A stretch of DNA of 64,000 nucleotides from a virus. Both the position numbers and the translations under genes were made by a program. This document shows positions 49,008-57,375 of the stretch, piece after piece (position 1 is the stretch's first letter; the number at the start of each line of letters is the position of its first letter). The notes beneath the pieces are model-generated. The model was not told where the DNA came from and searched no databases. It saw nothing but the letters and a program-made list of their open reading frames with translations. The stretch covers positions 1 to 64,000 of IMG/VR virus record IMGVR_UViG_3300028559_000026; one strand, 5' to 3'.

Positions 49008-49307
49008 ATGAAATGCAGAACTTGTTATTTAGATTTGGATGAATTGCAGTTTCATAACAATGGGGAGGGGTTCTCACCACAATGCAAGAAGTGTCGTTCT
49101 GACCTGTACTTCAGTAAGAAGTATGGTCAGTGCTCACAATGTTTAAGACATAGGAAGACGTACCAAAACAGTCTATGTAATGACTGTAATGAATCTTTGG
49201 GCGTTAGAGAGTGTAGGCAGTGTGGATTGTTGTTATGTGTAGCTTTCGCTTTTCATAACATCAGAAAGACCTGCATAGACTGTAGAAGAATTAGGAGGCG
49301 AGTGTAG
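49008..49307 (+). CDS. Cys-rich multi-CxxC protein
   Basis: Six CxxC pairs. Confidence 0.6.
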   Translation: MKCRTCYLDLDELQFHNNGEGFSPQCKKCRSDLYFSKKYGQCSQCLRHRKTYQNSLCNDCNESLGVRECRQCGLLLCVAFAFHNIRKTCIDCRRIRRRV

Positions 49308-49665
49308 CTGGTACTGATTGTTCTAGCTTATCAGTCAATTCGAGTAAAGTTGCTCGCTGCACTTCTGGAAGCTGTGGATGTGCAGCCTCTTGCCGGATTT
49401 CGTGTATGTATGTTTTAAGCTCCCATGGAGGGACATACCACATATATACTGATATTCCAGTTGAAAGTAGATGGGAGATTAAATACCGATACTCTACATT
49501 GTAATATCGTGTATTTTCTGGTCCTTTGACACCACAGAATTGGTAAGTAATATAACCATCGGTGCTTAGCGGGTCTTTTATTGCCGTTTTTAGATCGTCT
49601 AATAGAGATAGGAGTTGATCTCTATTGAGGACTGTCTGAATTACGCCTTGTCCCGATTCCGTCAT
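49291..49665 (-). CDS. hypothetical protein
   Basis: AGGAG SD; 124 aa. Confidence 0.55.
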   Translation of the reverse strand: MTESGQGVIQTVLNRDQLLSLLDDLKTAIKDPLSTDGYITYQFCGVKGPENTRYYNVEYRYLISHLLSTGISVYMWYVPPWELKTYIHEIRQEAAHPQLPEVQRATLLELTDKLEQSVPATLAS

Positions 49666-49674
49666 ATTAGGCTC

Positions 49675-50058
49675 CTACTTGATTTTAGTGATAATGAGCG
49701 TGGAATTTGCTGCCCCATCCCACTGTATAGCAATAGCCTTCTTCTCATTAGAAGGGTCTAGCTCGGGGTCCATACCCACGATAAACGATGATGCAGAATC
49801 CCTAGAATCAAACGCCTTGGGGCCAGAGTCCGCTGCTGGTAGTGCCATATCTGCATCAGTTGGCGTATCAGTTGGTTTGCAATATAGGATTTGGACACTT
49901 TTACCAAATACACCATTAGGTACACGGCAGAGATAGTAGCCGGGAGCTAGTGCGACTACTTGAGGTGCTGTGCCAGTTTTGTTAAGTGTGGCTATTCTGG
50001 TCTGGGACTGTGAAGTGACAATACCATATGAGGCTGTGCGGGAATCGAGTGGTAACAT
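49675..50058 (-). CDS. small putative virion protein
   Basis: AATCT-N7 start; beta-rich. Confidence 0.55.
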   Translation of the reverse strand: MLPLDSRTASYGIVTSQSQTRIATLNKTGTAPQVVALAPGYYLCRVPNGVFGKSVQILYCKPTDTPTDADMALPAADSGPKAFDSRDSASSFIVGMDPELDPSNEKKAIAIQWDGAANSTLIITKIK

Positions 50059-50065
50059 AATCCTT

Positions 50066-50070
50066 AGATT
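50066..50070 (-). promoter_or_regulatory. AATCT-N7-start late-promoter motif
   Basis: AATCT aaggatt ATG(50058). Confidence 0.7.
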
Positions 50071-51046
50071 ACTTGCCTACGAGACTATCACCCGCAACAT
50101 AGACAGAATCAGACGCCTGCTCATTAGAATCTTTATATTTACCATGTTTAGCTATGACCATTGCCTGTCTAGCGGATTCCAAGGAATTTCCAATACCTGC
50201 GGACATGGTAATTTTGTACGAACCACCTACTGCGGGTAATTCTTTCTCACCCTCAATTAGCTGGCGTAGAAACAGAAAAGCATCCTCTTTGGAGTCCATA
50301 AAAAGCACAAAGCAATCGCCACCATCCCGAAAACTATCACCATGAGCTAACTTAGCTACCAAGCCACCAAACGCCACAATTGCTTCATCAGCCTCTTTCC
50401 AGCCAACTTCGTTAGCCTTATGGAAATCATTAAGGTCCAGGCTGATAACCACGTTGGTTGGCTTAGAGCGCTCTAGTGCCAGAAGGTTTCCAAAGGAAGG
50501 TATCATCATATCTCTAGTCAAGTCATCATCCTTTGGTTCTGGGGCTTTCTCTTCAGCTTTATGTAGTGCATCGGGTGGGCGATGGTATCTAAGTGTAGCC
50601 ACACCTTTATGCACATTACTCAGAATAGTCGATGCTTCTGCTGGTGAAAGGGCATGACCATTTAGAATCAACACATCGCCTTGTGATTCAAGAATTTGTG
50701 GTTGTGACATGCCGACCTTCATATACTCAAATACAGAAGGTATTTCATTGGCCACATCTTTTGGCATTTCCTCTAGCTTCGCTTCTGGGATTTCTGAATC
50801 ATCCTTGTCTTGCATGTATGAATCCCACGGACGTACCAAGATATACCTGGAATTCATCTGGTGAAGCAATGCGTTGCGGGCAGTTTCATTAAATGGACCA
50901 TCTGGCATAGCCTGTCTAAGTCTATGACCATGATAGTCCTCAATCACTTTGGTCTTGCCATCACCCACCACCACCCGGCCCATACGGTTTTTAAGTAGTT
51001 GGCTGCCAGAAGTCTTTAGTCTGAAAAAGCTGTAAATTCCATTCAT
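50069..51046 (-). CDS. GGDEF-like nucleotide cyclase domain protein
   Basis: ISLDLNDFHKANE.G...AD, FRDGGDCF, ITMSAGIG, AM..AK..K. Confidence 0.8.
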   Translation of the reverse strand: MNGIYSFFRLKTSGSQLLKNRMGRVVVGDGKTKVIEDYHGHRLRQAMPDGPFNETARNALLHQMNSRYILVRPWDSYMQDKDDSEIPEAKLEEMPKDVANEIPSVFEYMKVGMSQPQILESQGDVLILNGHALSPAEASTILSNVHKGVATLRYHRPPDALHKAEEKAPEPKDDDLTRDMMIPSFGNLLALERSKPTNVVISLDLNDFHKANEVGWKEADEAIVAFGGLVAKLAHGDSFRDGGDCFVLFMDSKEDAFLFLRQLIEGEKELPAVGGSYKITMSAGIGNSLESARQAMVIAKHGKYKDSNEQASDSVYVAGDSLVGK

Positions 51047-53061
51047 TATTTGCGCTCCGGCAATGCTGCTGTAAATACCTGTTTACGTGTCGGTTGTCCA
51101 TGTCCGCGAATTGCACCTTGCACACTACGCAGTCTGTGTCCCGCTTCTGCAGCCAAATCGGCATCTACACCATTCTTGATGAGGCTGGCTTCTAGGTGTT
51201 TACTGTCTAGCTTGTTAGCCCACTCTATGGCTGCTGGGTGTATTGGGTTTGGTCCAGTATCCACGTTACCCTTGTCGCTTAATTCCCAATAATGCGGTAG
51301 CGACCTAGAGCTGTTTTCAAATAGCATCTCATTATCTATTAGATGTAGTCCATTTTTAGAAAACAGGTAATTATTGGCATGGCGGTCATGTGACCCCATC
51401 ACTGCATCCATAATCCCTAACTTATCCAAATCACCATTACCGGTAAGATTAGAAATTATATTTTTTTGATGCGAAGAGTCGCGAAGTTTTGAATAATCAG
51501 GCCAATGCACATCAGCATGCTCTGCACCATCCACAGCGTTCTGAATAGTGAATCTGTTGTTACCATATATCGACGTAGTGGGATGTGAAAAAGCTGCTGT
51601 GGTTGGTACGTATTGGCCTAGACCAAAGAAGTCTCTAGCCATGTTATGAAAAACAGCCTCGTGTCCATTGCCAGACTCATCATGCTTCATATACGCCAAA
51701 CCACCTTTAGGTGAACGGACCCATCCACTTTGTTCTTCATTGATACCAGCCAAAAAGTGTGATGGTTCAGAAGCACGCCAAGTAGCTGTATCAGCACCAT
51801 GAATCAAAGCTCTTTGCTCTGGTGATGTATTAAGATGTGCTATGCCGTGCTTATCTGCATCCATCTTAGGTTTGAAAGAATTATTCATCCAGACCTCATG
51901 GGCATATGCAACATTTTTGAAATGGGTACCCTCTTTGTTCTTAGGCAGCTTGACTACAGTATTTGGCTCCTTGCTTGGAATAGCTAGGTAATGTGTCTTA
52001 TTATCCTTGACAATGGTGTATTGCTCGTCTTTTGAGTGTGCAATGCCGGGATGGACGGGCTCACCACGAAAATATATAACCTTAGCTGCGGGCTTGGCTT
52101 GATTATCCATATCATTTTTAAGTAGCATTACCACCTGTTCCATCTTGAACAGAGCCATACTGTCAGTCGATGCAACAATGACTGGTACACAGTACAGATG
52201 GTAGGCGAGTAGTGATGCGACCAACCCACATTGCTGCCGGACCTCTTCCAGAATTTGAATGAATTTGCTAGACTGTGTACCAACATCAGCCTTTTCAAGA
52301 GTGTTGATGCCATACTTGTCAACAATATGTGCTATCTGGCCCATTACATTGCCATGCAAAGCAGAACCGGATAGCTGTGCATCGTACAATGGCCGAATTA
52401 GCCTGTCGAGAATGACTGCGGGAAATAGAGCCTGTTCTGGGTCATCCGTTAGCGCTGGATACTTGTTAACCACAAAGTGATATGCCGGGTGGTCTTCCAT
52501 CGACATATCATTAGTGCGAGTAGCTTTGTCATCCAGCTCTTGGATAGAATCATAAACAGGCATATTCCCGACACCCAGCATACATAATGCCAAGAGTGGG
52601 ATATTAGGCCATTCCAGTCCGTCTTCCCTAGCTGTCTGGGATAGTTCTGTTAGCTCATTTTGCTTTTGGTCGATTGTTTTGAGCTTGGCGACATCTGGAA
52701 TGTGTTTTTCATTTCTCGAAAAAACGGTGTTAGCCTTGTAGTAAGCTCTATTCCATTCTGGAAGTTCACCACCATTAGCACCTTTGACAAATACGTCAAT
52801 GTTGATGGGTTGTGCTAGATCAGTGCCAGTAATAGCATCCATCAAATGACCATAGTTTTTAACCTCTGGTATTGAATTGAAATTTGGCATAGCGGCAGCT
52901 ACAAAAGCAGCTTGACGGATAAGATACGGCGAAGACCTACCAAGAGACAGGGCATGGTTAAGTGGAAGCCATTGGGCCATAAATCGACCAAACTGCTTCA
53001 AATCAGCGCTGTTCAATATAGTGTTGTAGGTATCTACATCGTCGATATTGTAATCATACAT
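51046..53061 (-). CDS. degenerate HhH-GPD-like domain + PI3/PI4K-like kinase
   Basis: C-terminal MDAVMGSHDRHANN...LIDNEMLF; N-terminal half aligns with the C-terminal domain of 53061..57347. Confidence 0.75.
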   Translation of the reverse strand: MYDYNIDDVDTYNTILNSADLKQFGRFMAQWLPLNHALSLGRSSPYLIRQAAFVAAAMPNFNSIPEVKNYGHLMDAITGTDLAQPINIDVFVKGANGGELPEWNRAYYKANTVFSRNEKHIPDVAKLKTIDQKQNELTELSQTAREDGLEWPNIPLLALCMLGVGNMPVYDSIQELDDKATRTNDMSMEDHPAYHFVVNKYPALTDDPEQALFPAVILDRLIRPLYDAQLSGSALHGNVMGQIAHIVDKYGINTLEKADVGTQSSKFIQILEEVRQQCGLVASLLAYHLYCVPVIVASTDSMALFKMEQVVMLLKNDMDNQAKPAAKVIYFRGEPVHPGIAHSKDEQYTIVKDNKTHYLAIPSKEPNTVVKLPKNKEGTHFKNVAYAHEVWMNNSFKPKMDADKHGIAHLNTSPEQRALIHGADTATWRASEPSHFLAGINEEQSGWVRSPKGGLAYMKHDESGNGHEAVFHNMARDFFGLGQYVPTTAAFSHPTTSIYGNNRFTIQNAVDGAEHADVHWPDYSKLRDSSHQKNIISNLTGNGDLDKLGIMDAVMGSHDRHANNYLFSKNGLHLIDNEMLFENSSRSLPHYWELSDKGNVDTGPNPIHPAAIEWANKLDSKHLEASLIKNGVDADLAAEAGHRLRSVQGAIRGHGQPTRKQVFTAALPERK

Positions 53062-56000
53062 TACATACTCCCGCGACCTTCTCTAATCCTGGCTTGCTCT
53101 AGTAGCTTAGGAATAGCGTAGCGATAATAAAGAGTCAGGGCTGGCATCTCACCATATTGTCTAACCCAATCGGCATGCTGTTTAGCAGTCTGTGCAGGCA
53201 CTGTGGTATCAATCTCACTCTTCTTTACATTCAGAAAAGGATTGACAGCTTCCCAATACGGTGTGTGGTCTGTATCGGCATTCATACCAAAGGTTTTCAT
53301 TCCTCTGGCTTCCTCATGTGGAACAATACTCATCCAGTGTTTCCAGAATGCTGGAAATACCGCAGATTCATCGTTGTGAAATAAACCTGCGTACTTGGGA
53401 TGATTGCGCATATGCTTAACAGCGTCATGGTGTTTGGCGTAATACCTGTCAATGCCGTTCATAACTTCGGAGTTATTGGGCTCCCACAAAACACTCTTTA
53501 GATGCTCAATAGTATTAGCATCAGCACCTTTCTCTAGGCCGAATAGATGACGGACAAAATGCGTATCGGGCACAACTGAGTTAGCACCACCAAGCATGCC
53601 ATACATATATCTAGCGGTCTTAGGAGCTAATCCAGGCACATCTGGACCGTTATAGGGGCCGATATCTGGCTTGCCTGCAGAAATAGCCCTATCACGCTTA
53701 GCCTTATGCTTCTGGCTATTCTCTTTATGCAGCATCAGCTCTTGGATAGCTGAGCGGGTATCGTCCTTGTGGCGGTTTACTAGGTCTACAAGCGATTGGT
53801 GTAGGCCATGGTATTGGGCCATGTTTTTCAGCTTGTTATTAGCAAGCATAAAACTCTGTACTTGTCCAGCGGTGCGACCAACTTTACCAGTAGTGGCTGA
53901 AACATAAGGCTTGGTACTGCTCTGATATTGGCCGTTAACCAATTTACCAATACGCACGGATGGACCAAGGTTTTCAAAATAAGATCTTCCAGTCACTGGC
54001 AGGGTATCGGGCTTGTCACGGCTAAGCCAATCTGGTCCCACTTCACCTTCAAACTTAGGGCTGGTGGCGTCGATACCCTTATCCTTCATGGAATCAACTA
54101 GATGGCTATTGCTAGTGATAATGCCGTTAGGCAGTAGGAAGTTGTGCTTTACGTGGGCAACTTCAAGATCGTACATTTGTCGTTGGCCCACGGGACGCCA
54201 TCGTACAACGCCCCGACACACCAAATTCCTGGTGTTGGAGATTGGAGAATCCGAGTAAGCCAGATCATGGCACCTTCCTTCATTTTCTTGGTTCTGCTTG
54301 AGAAATTCTCCATCGAGAGACGGATTAGAGTGATATCGCCCCTCCGTAAAGCCTCTTGATTTAGAAGCATGTCCCGGTGCTGGCGATATTGCAGATTTTT
54401 CACAGCCGATTCTTTTTCCGAACCTGAAAAAAAATGCCAAAATCCGTCCACTTCTATCCATATGTTTTCGTGGACTAAATCCACCTGTTTGACAATATCT
54501 CCACATTGAATCAGTCCCGATGTCCAACCCAGTTGCCCTTTTAACTCCTCTTCGATATAGGAATGAGAAGAAGCTGAAGTTTGACCAGCGGCGATAAACT
54601 TTCTTGCAATATTCCCGAATTCCTCTGGATGGGTTTCGCGCCATTCCTGGCCCAGAATCGACAATTGGGTATAGTTGTCCCGAAACTCCTCTGGATGTTC
54701 CAGTCTCCACTTCTTGGCCGCCGCTGTTAATTTCATGGCATGCCATTGGACCATGGCTGGATGCCTCTTTTGCCATTTCAGCATTGCTTGACTGGCCTTC
54801 TTTTGGCGCTCCAGAAACTCGTCTCTCTTTTCCACTTCCCATTTGCGAATCCCCACCATCATCAATTCGGGATTCTGTTCTTTCCATATTTTCTGTGCAG
54901 CATGGGCTTGTTGAAGTAATGCCTTGGATTTCTCGGGATTCTGAACATGCCATTGCTTTGCCGATTCTACACGGGCTGTGGCGCGTATATCCTTGCATGC
55001 CTGACACTCTTTCCGATGCGCCTTGAACAGCACTTCTGTCCGAAATGTTTGACCACAACGGCTGTCCCAGCCCGTCGTCCTTGGTTTTTGTGGCACTAAA
55101 AATCTCCAATCCAGAAGCAATTATTTGGGAAATCGGCACCATTCCTTGGGTGGTCAAAAACTTGTGATTTTGAGAACAAACCACACGATAACCATCCGAA
55201 AACTCGACTTCTATAGCTTCCATAGCGCCGTGGTTGTGGAGTGCTACTACTTCCGTAGTAATAACTTCCCCATTCTGACTTACTCCAAAAACCTTGTCCC
55301 CTGGTAGAAAATTCTTGATTTTCTTGATTGTGTTGTCGCATGTGCTTAAATTTGTGTCCTGATCGAGACAAAACATGATTTCCTGCATCGGAACTGGCGT
55401 GTTTCCAGTTACGCATACATGACCACTTCTTCTCATAAAGAAAAAGGTGTTAGGCACTACTGGACACCACATACCGACCTTACCTACATATCGACGGATA
55501 TGTCTCTTGTCTAGCTTAGCGTGCTTCTGTCGTAGCTTAGTAACCCAAAACTGAGTACCATCATGTGTTATCGAGGATGCGTGACCCAATATAGTGAGAA
55601 AAGCCTGCTCGGCATCAGCGCGTTCTTTGCTCTTGGTCACCATGGTTTTGGTATTATACTTACGGGTATAGGCTGCCCACTCCCCATCTTTATCAACCAC
55701 TGCCATATGTTGATACAGACTCGATATATGCGATACGTCTGGGGTAAAGCCATTATCGTCCAGTCGGGATTTGGCAGTGCGATGAATTAGGTCTGATGGA
55801 TTAATAGTTACAGAGGTTTTCTCCTGTACATTATTCCGACCAGACTTAACCAACCAGCGATGGTCAGGCGTAGTGATGGCATGAAACGACCTTGACTTAA
55901 GCTCGACCAGAGGGCCTTCATAATCCGGGAAGAATCGCAGATCAGTGGGCTTTTGCCATTCCGCCATGCCAGTCTTGGGATTCTTGGTTAAAATCCAATC

Positions 56001-57347
56001 ATCCATAGTTAGATCGAAACCCTTGACCCACCCTCGTTTCGTCAGTGCTTCCGTCTCGGCATCCAGGCAGTTAGGGCTAAGTTGTGAAAACAAAGTACCG
56101 TGCATAACCACTTCTGGCGGCAACTGTCCAGCTTTTAGCAATCCATTGACCTTGGACCAATTGTCCATGGCCTTGTCGTGGAAAGCTGACACCTTGGGAT
56201 CATTCATAATTTTATCGAACGATTCCTTACCCCTTGCATCAGGATCACGCGAAGGGATGTACATAGGGAAAGAGCCTTGTGGCGTGTGTAGTACACCAGT
56301 GCCCTCATCAAAGAAACTCTTAGAGAGGTGCTGATTGGGCGCTACCTCCTTGCCACGAATGGTTAAATTAGTGCTTGGAGTGGCTGCAGGCGCTTCTGTG
56401 GGCCCTGTTTCCTGTGCTGGTGGTGGAGTGACCACAGCTGGCGGCTTCTTGGCCTTGGGCTTCTTTGCGGGCTCAGCTTTCGCTAGTGACTTTTTGACCT
56501 GATAGTCCTCAGCTAGATCGGCGAAGCGATCCAGAAACGAGTCGTCAGCTTCTGGGAGTCGGGACTTGAGAAGTTCACGAAATTCAGCTTTTACAAACGG
56601 TTTGGAGTAATCCCTAATGGTTGCCAGAACCACACCTTTCATACGCTTCATTACATCCTCCCTTACCAATGGGGATGACGCAGGAGCGCTCCCGTTTCCA
56701 GCAGTCAAAGTCTTAGATAGCACAATTGGATCAAAAGCAACTGTTACCGCACCAAAGGTTTTGATAATATCGCCATTTTCGTTTCTGGCTAAAATCCCCT
56801 CAATTAGAGAGGATGATGCGTCTTTCTTTTTATCTGATTGCGGATCGAAGACTACACCAGATACACATGACTTATTACATGGCTTAACAGTACAGGCTAC
56901 TTTGCGGGCGATGGATCGCTCTAGGCGGTTGCCATTCTTCTTAAGAGTAGAGCCCTCGATACTATAACGGCACAGTATTTTCTCATTGTTCTTGACGTGA
57001 TCACGGATTTGTGCTGCTAGTGCGATGGCTCCTGGATGGCCTGAGCCATCATACAGGCGTGACTTAATGTAGATGTATGGCAACTTAACCATATTCCAGT
57101 AGTTACGCTGTCTCTGGTCCGAGGCGTCTTCCTCTTTGAAAATCTTTTTGGCATAAATGATATGGCCTACATTGTCGTTTGCTGACGCACCTTTAGCATC
57201 CTCGCCTCGGTGTTCCCAATTCAGTAGACCATCGCCATTTTCTAAAGATGAAATATCGCATCCTTCAACATCTAGGATTTCACCACTAGAGTCAATCGCT
57301 TCAGACGCTGCAATACCATCAATTATCATTCCCGTTCCCGTCGTCAT
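53061..57347 (-). CDS. Prohead protease fused to an HhH-GPD DNA-glycosylase-like domain, containing two inteins
   Basis: IDGIAASEAIDSSGE...LNWEH...YSIEG...VACT..PCN (prohead protease); PGLAPKTA...VVPDTHFVR (HhH-GPD). Confidence 0.85.
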   Translation of the reverse strand: MTTGTGMIIDGIAASEAIDSSGEILDVEGCDISSLENGDGLLNWEHRGEDAKGASANDNVGHIIYAKKIFKEEDASDQRQRNYWNMVKLPYIYIKSRLYDGSGHPGAIALAAQIRDHVKNNEKILCRYSIEGSTLKKNGNRLERSIARKVACTVKPCNKSCVSGVVFDPQSDKKKDASSSLIEGILARNENGDIIKTFGAVTVAFDPIVLSKTLTAGNGSAPASSPLVREDVMKRMKGVVLATIRDYSKPFVKAEFRELLKSRLPEADDSFLDRFADLAEDYQVKKSLAKAEPAKKPKAKKPPAVVTPPPAQETGPTEAPAATPSTNLTIRGKEVAPNQHLSKSFFDEGTGVLHTPQGSFPMYIPSRDPDARGKESFDKIMNDPKVSAFHDKAMDNWSKVNGLLKAGQLPPEVVMHGTLFSQLSPNCLDAETEALTKRGWVKGFDLTMDDWILTKNPKTGMAEWQKPTDLRFFPDYEGPLVELKSRSFHAITTPDHRWLVKSGRNNVQEKTSVTINPSDLIHRTAKSRLDDNGFTPDVSHISSLYQHMAVVDKDGEWAAYTRKYNTKTMVTKSKERADAEQAFLTILGHASSITHDGTQFWVTKLRQKHAKLDKRHIRRYVGKVGMWCPVVPNTFFFMRRSGHVCVTGNTPVPMQEIMFCLDQDTNLSTCDNTIKKIKNFLPGDKVFGVSQNGEVITTEVVALHNHGAMEAIEVEFSDGYRVVCSQNHKFLTTQGMVPISQIIASGLEIFSATKTKDDGLGQPLWSNISDRSAVQGASERVSGMQGYTRHSPCRIGKAMACSESREIQGITSTSPCCTENMERTESRIDDGGDSQMGSGKERRVSGAPKEGQSSNAEMAKEASSHGPMACHEINSGGQEVETGTSRGVSGQLYPIVDSGPGMARNPSRGIREYCKKVYRRWSNFSFFSFLYRRGVKRATGLDIGTDSMWRYCQTGGFSPRKHMDRSGRILAFFFRFGKRIGCEKSAISPAPGHASKSRGFTEGRYHSNPSLDGEFLKQNQENEGRCHDLAYSDSPISNTRNLVCRGVVRWRPVGQRQMYDLEVAHVKHNFLLPNGIITSNSHLVDSMKDKGIDATSPKFEGEVGPDWLSRDKPDTLPVTGRSYFENLGPSVRIGKLVNGQYQSSTKPYVSATTGKVGRTAGQVQSFMLANNKLKNMAQYHGLHQSLVDLVNRHKDDTRSAIQELMLHKENSQKHKAKRDRAISAGKPDIGPYNGPDVPGLAPKTARYMYGMLGGANSVVPDTHFVRHLFGLEKGADANTIEHLKSVLWEPNNSEVMNGIDRYYAKHHDAVKHMRNHPKYAGLFHNDESAVFPAFWKHWMSIVPHEEARGMKTFGMNADTDHTPYWEAVNPFLNVKKSEIDTTVPAQTAKQHADWVRQYGEMPALTLYYRYAIPKLLEQARIREGRGSM
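54108..55370 (-). mobile_element. Intein 2 (421 aa) with out-of-frame endonuclease
   Basis: Starts CLDQDT, block B CSQNHKFLT, block F MYDLEV, ends HNFLLPNGIITSN, +1 Ser. Confidence 0.9.
54149..55096 (-). CDS. Vsr/DUF559-like endonuclease in the +1 frame inside intein 2
   Basis: SYIEEEL...VDLV...IWIEVDGFWHF...RD..LN......G.I.LIRL; GGAG-7nt-GTG(55096). Confidence 0.82.
   Translation of the reverse strand: MPQKPRTTGWDSRCGQTFRTEVLFKAHRKECQACKDIRATARVESAKQWHVQNPEKSKALLQQAHAAQKIWKEQNPELMMVGIRKWEVEKRDEFLERQKKASQAMLKWQKRHPAMVQWHAMKLTAAAKKWRLEHPEEFRDNYTQLSILGQEWRETHPEEFGNIARKFIAAGQTSASSHSYIEEELKGQLGWTSGLIQCGDIVKQVDLVHENIWIEVDGFWHFFSGSEKESAVKNLQYRQHRDMLLNQEALRRGDITLIRLSMENFSSRTKKMKEGAMIWLTRILQSPTPGIWCVGALYDGVPWANDKCTILKLPT
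55401..56069 (-). mobile_element. Intein 1 (223 aa), LAGLIDADG largely deleted
   Basis: Starts CLDAETEALTKRGW, block B TTPDHRW, ends MWCPVV...VTGN, +1 Thr; remnant TKSKERADAEQAFLTILG. Confidence 0.9.
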
Positions 57348-57354
57348 GTTGAGT

Positions 57355-57359
57355 AGATT
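57355..57359 (-). promoter_or_regulatory. AATCT-N7-start late-promoter motif
   Basis: AATCT actcaac ATG(57347). Confidence 0.7.
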
Positions 57360-57375
57360 AGGCGGGACAAAGGAT

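Noticed and set aside
55096-55416. Third-frame ORF (106 aa) over the start of intein 2
   Set aside because: No recognisable motif or SD; it merely ends where the endonuclease starts, so it is treated as chance
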